A DNA stretch of 64,000 nucleotides from an uncultured Gammaproteobacteria bacterium. Lineage in GTDB: Bacteria; Pseudomonadota; Gammaproteobacteria; Steroidobacterales; BM003. Location: positions 160,946 through 224,945 of the forward strand of contig CAVOVJ010000001.1 of NCBI GenBank assembly GCA_963699835.1. Reading direction: 5' to 3'. Under the pieces are notes generated by a model. It was not told where the DNA came from, ran no database searches, and worked only from the letters and a program-made list of their open reading frames with translations. The position numbers were made by a program, and so were the translations under genes. Shown in pieces: positions 61,445 to 64,000 of this stretch (position 1 is the first letter of the stretch; every line of letters starts with the position of its first letter).

Positions 61445-62503
61445 TCAATAACGGCGATAAAAACCGAGCTGGAACGTAAAGTCCGGCGACGTGTCCGAAA
61501 TCGGATCCTCGACCACCATGAACTCGCCGATGTAGTCACCGGCAAACCCCCACCGCGTGCCCACGACCAGTTGCATGCTTTCTTCCGCCATTGCAGTGAT
61601 GGACCCGCGATAAAACGAGCCGTGGCCGTCGAGTTGCCCCAAAAGCTGCCAGTTGTCGGTCAGCTGTATCGTTGTGGTGACGTGGCCGAACACCACGCCA
61701 TCACGCTGTAACCGGGAGAGCGCGTCGTTGTCGGCATCCCCGAGCTCGAGCCAGCCTACGCTGCCATGAAAACGAACCCGTTCGAACAGCGGTGTAAGCC
61801 GCGCGACCTCCAGCGCAACAAAGTAGTCTGTGGCGCCGCTGCCGCGGAAGTCGTCCTCGTCGCCGGTCGGCAATTTTACTCCGGCACGTAACGCGAAAAG
61901 ATTGCCGTTGGTCTTGTGCCCGTTGATGTGCCAGCGCGCGGAAACCCGCGCATCACCAATGCCGCCGCCCGAGCTGTCGATCAGAGCGACGCGCCCTTCG
62001 GGGTCCTCGTAGCGATGCAGCAGCCGGTCGCTCGGGGCTTCGTCGCGGCTACGAATATCCACACCCAGGATGTCGTGCCAGGTATCTATGGCGTTATCCA
62101 TGAAGCCGCCGCTGTCATATATAAAAGGAATTTCCGCATCGAAACTGAAACGATCGCCGGCACGCTGCTGCCACAACAGGTGAGCGCCGTAGGCTTCGCC
62201 GTCAAGGGTGAGCGTTTCGTTGCCGCGGTTGCTATCCTTGGAAAAGCTGGTGAGCTGCAACGCCGCGCCGACTCGGCCATGTTCTGCGGGACTCATGAAA
62301 CCCGGTGTCGGCAGGCCGAAGATCCGGATAAACGGGTGCGGGTTTCGGGTCGCGGCCGGAGTTGGCTCCAGCACGTCGGCGCGAACCGACGGCGACCAGG
62401 AAAACACTGCCAGCGCCACTACAACCGCAATCGCAACACCGAGATCGGATCGTACTCTACTCCGCCATATAATCATTGCAGCGCGACTCCCCCAAATAGT
62501 CAT
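61445..62503 (-). CDS. Putative outer-membrane beta-barrel protein, DUF3187-like
   Basis: Signal peptide, GGFMDNAIDTWHD, GIGD, KLPTG...GSG, C-terminal PDFTFQLGFYRRY. Confidence 0.7.
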   Translation of the reverse strand: MTIWGSRAAMIIWRSRVRSDLGVAIAVVVALAVFSWSPSVRADVLEPTPAATRNPHPFIRIFGLPTPGFMSPAEHGRVGAALQLTSFSKDSNRGNETLTLDGEAYGAHLLWQQRAGDRFSFDAEIPFIYDSGGFMDNAIDTWHDILGVDIRSRDEAPSDRLLHRYEDPEGRVALIDSSGGGIGDARVSARWHINGHKTNGNLFALRAGVKLPTGDEDDFRGSGATDYFVALEVARLTPLFERVRFHGSVGWLELGDADNDALSRLQRDGVVFGHVTTTIQLTDNWQLLGQLDGHGSFYRGSITAMAEESMQLVVGTRWGFAGDYIGEFMVVEDPISDTSPDFTFQLGFYRRY

Positions 62504-63817
62504 TGCAGCGCGCGCTGCAGCTCCGTCTCGCGTTCTTCTTCCTTACCGATGTAGGCGATCCATTGCGACGCCATCGCACTGCTGCGGGTGTCCTTTTGCG
62601 CCTCCGCAAACGCTGTGCGTGCCGGCCCGTATCGTTTCATATTGAACAGCGACATCCCCAGCAACACATTCGCGGAATCGACGCGGCTGAGGCCGCCTTT
62701 GCGAATGCCCTCGCGCGCCGCATCGGCGGCCTCTTCCCAACGTCCGAGGTTGACGTATGCCTGGGCCAGTCGCACCGATAACTCGCCGTCACCGGACAGC
62801 GCCGCGGCCTGGGTCAGGGGAGCAATCGATTTCTCGTCCTCCTGCGCCATCTGGTAGGCCTGCGCGAGCAGGCGATAGTTACTCGCGTTTTTCTCAACTA
62901 CGCCGCTGGCGAGTCCTTTTTCGATAACCTGTGATCCGCGCCATGGCACACCGGACTGCATGTACAGCTGCGCCAGTGTGAGCAGTTCCTGTTCGCGGTC
63001 GAGAAAACCCTGGACGTAGGCCATCTCGTAAGCGAGTATTTGCTTGCGATCGTCGCCGATCTCGCCATACATCGCGGATAGCTGAGTCCAGTATTCTTTC
63101 TTCTGCTCGTACTTCAGCAGTTCCTCGAGAATCTCGACGACCTTCGGATAATTCTCCAGTTCGTAGTAGCAGACCCGCAACAACAACCACCAGTTTTCCT
63201 TGACTTCGTTGCCATTGGCACGCGCGAGTTCGATGGCCTTCTCTATCTGCAGAATCGCGTCTTTGTACCGATCCAGGGAATAATAGGCCTGCCCGAGCAG
63301 AACGTAGGGTTCAGACCCCGGATTCGTCGTCAGGCGGAACCACTGCTCGAGTTTCTTCGCTGCCTCATCGTAACGCTCGACGGTGAAATACAGCTGCGCA
63401 AGCGTGTAGATGGTCGACAGCTCCATTGCTTCCGGCAAGTCGCTCTGGCGCAGGACGGTTTCGTAAGCCTGGATACTGTCGTTATAACGCTCGCGGTTGA
63501 AATAAACAAACCCGTAGAAACTATAGAGCTGAGCAAGTTCATAGCTATTGAGATTCTTGTCTCGCTTGAGCTCCTCGAGGATCGCCAGGGCCTCGCTTTC
63601 GCGTCCGGCCTCGCTTGCTTCCTGAGCTTCGCTTAGTTTCTTGTAAACGGTCTCGCGCATTGCCGGCGTCTTGCGGGTTTTCTGCCCCGGCGTCTGCTCC
63701 TGTTCCTGTGCATGGGCTGCGGACAGCAGCAGACCGGCACCCCCGGGCACCGGTTAAAGCCGCCGCCAGCAACACGAGTATCGCAACCATCGGGGCCACG
63801 TTTACAAACCGGTGCAT
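62500..63817 (-). CDS. Periplasmic TPR protein associated with TonB; frameshift near 63750
   Basis: Multiple TPR-like helical repeats. The signal peptide from ATG 63817 is one base out of frame. Confidence 0.8.
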
Positions 63818-63868
63818 TTCAGCGTCCCTTTTCCATTAGCAGACAGGTGCCAGTCGCCATGATCGGAT

Positions 63869-64000
63869 TCAGTCCTCGAGCTGGAATGAGATTTTGTGCG
63901 GCACACCCCTGACATCGATCGGCTCGCCGTCCACAACCCGAGGTTTGTACTTGAATTTCAGCGCGGCCTCGCTGGCAGCTTTGTCGAAGATACCGGGCGG
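63869..64000 (-). CDS. tonB: Energy transducer TonB, C-terminal fragment
   Basis: Manual translation: PPGIFDKAASEAALKFKYKPRVVDGEPIDVRGVPHKISFQLED-stop. Confidence 0.85.
   Translation of the reverse strand, partial: PPGIFDKAASEAALKFKYKPRVVDGEPIDVRGVPHKISFQLED

Noticed and set aside
264-63817. Programmed ribosomal frameshifting or pseudogenes in the split genes
   Set aside because: Too many unrelated genes are affected, with the same +1 pattern and no shared slippery motif. Sequencing error is simpler.
1-64000. CRISPR arrays, tRNA/rRNA genes, IS elements, prophage genes
   Set aside because: No spaced direct repeats, cloverleaf signatures, transposase, integrase or phage proteins were recognised. 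The window is almost fully occupied by identifiable genes.

Overview
GC-rich gammaproteobacterial chromosomal segment. I found no rRNA, tRNA, CRISPR array, transposase or integrase. Left part: a Pat-type acyl-CoA ligase/GNAT gene divergent from an HDAC-family deacetylase; a TIR-like/CDF/DUF2845/USP run; EEP, fadJ and a cNMP-rhodanese gene; the core fabD-fabG-acpP-fabF-pabB-pabC-mltG-tmk-holB-pilZ block; rhombosortase head-to-head with gspG-N; addAB-like genes, a CoA transferase, etfBA, a peroxiredoxin and fused lysAC. Right part (about 38.8-61.4 kb): a hypoxia/dormancy-like cluster (uspE, fixL, fixJ, pseudo-receiver, AtsE/baeRF12, amidohydrolase, ybdK, YbaK, USP-like, Lon-like, HPF, COG2187 kinase-like, pncA, pncB), interrupted by a cusCBA-type efflux operon with a CxxC/polyproline leader ORF. 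The window ends in DUF3187, TPR and tonB. About 13 frameshifts, nearly all resolved by deleting one base, point to sequencing error. Best novelty candidates: an unassigned ~234-nt structured RNA upstream of the peroxiredoxin, the FixLJ-linked translation-hibernation/NAD-salvage cluster with a shared promoter motif, and a stand-alone TIR protein with Gln at the catalytic Glu position. All family calls come from motif recognition by eye, not database searches.
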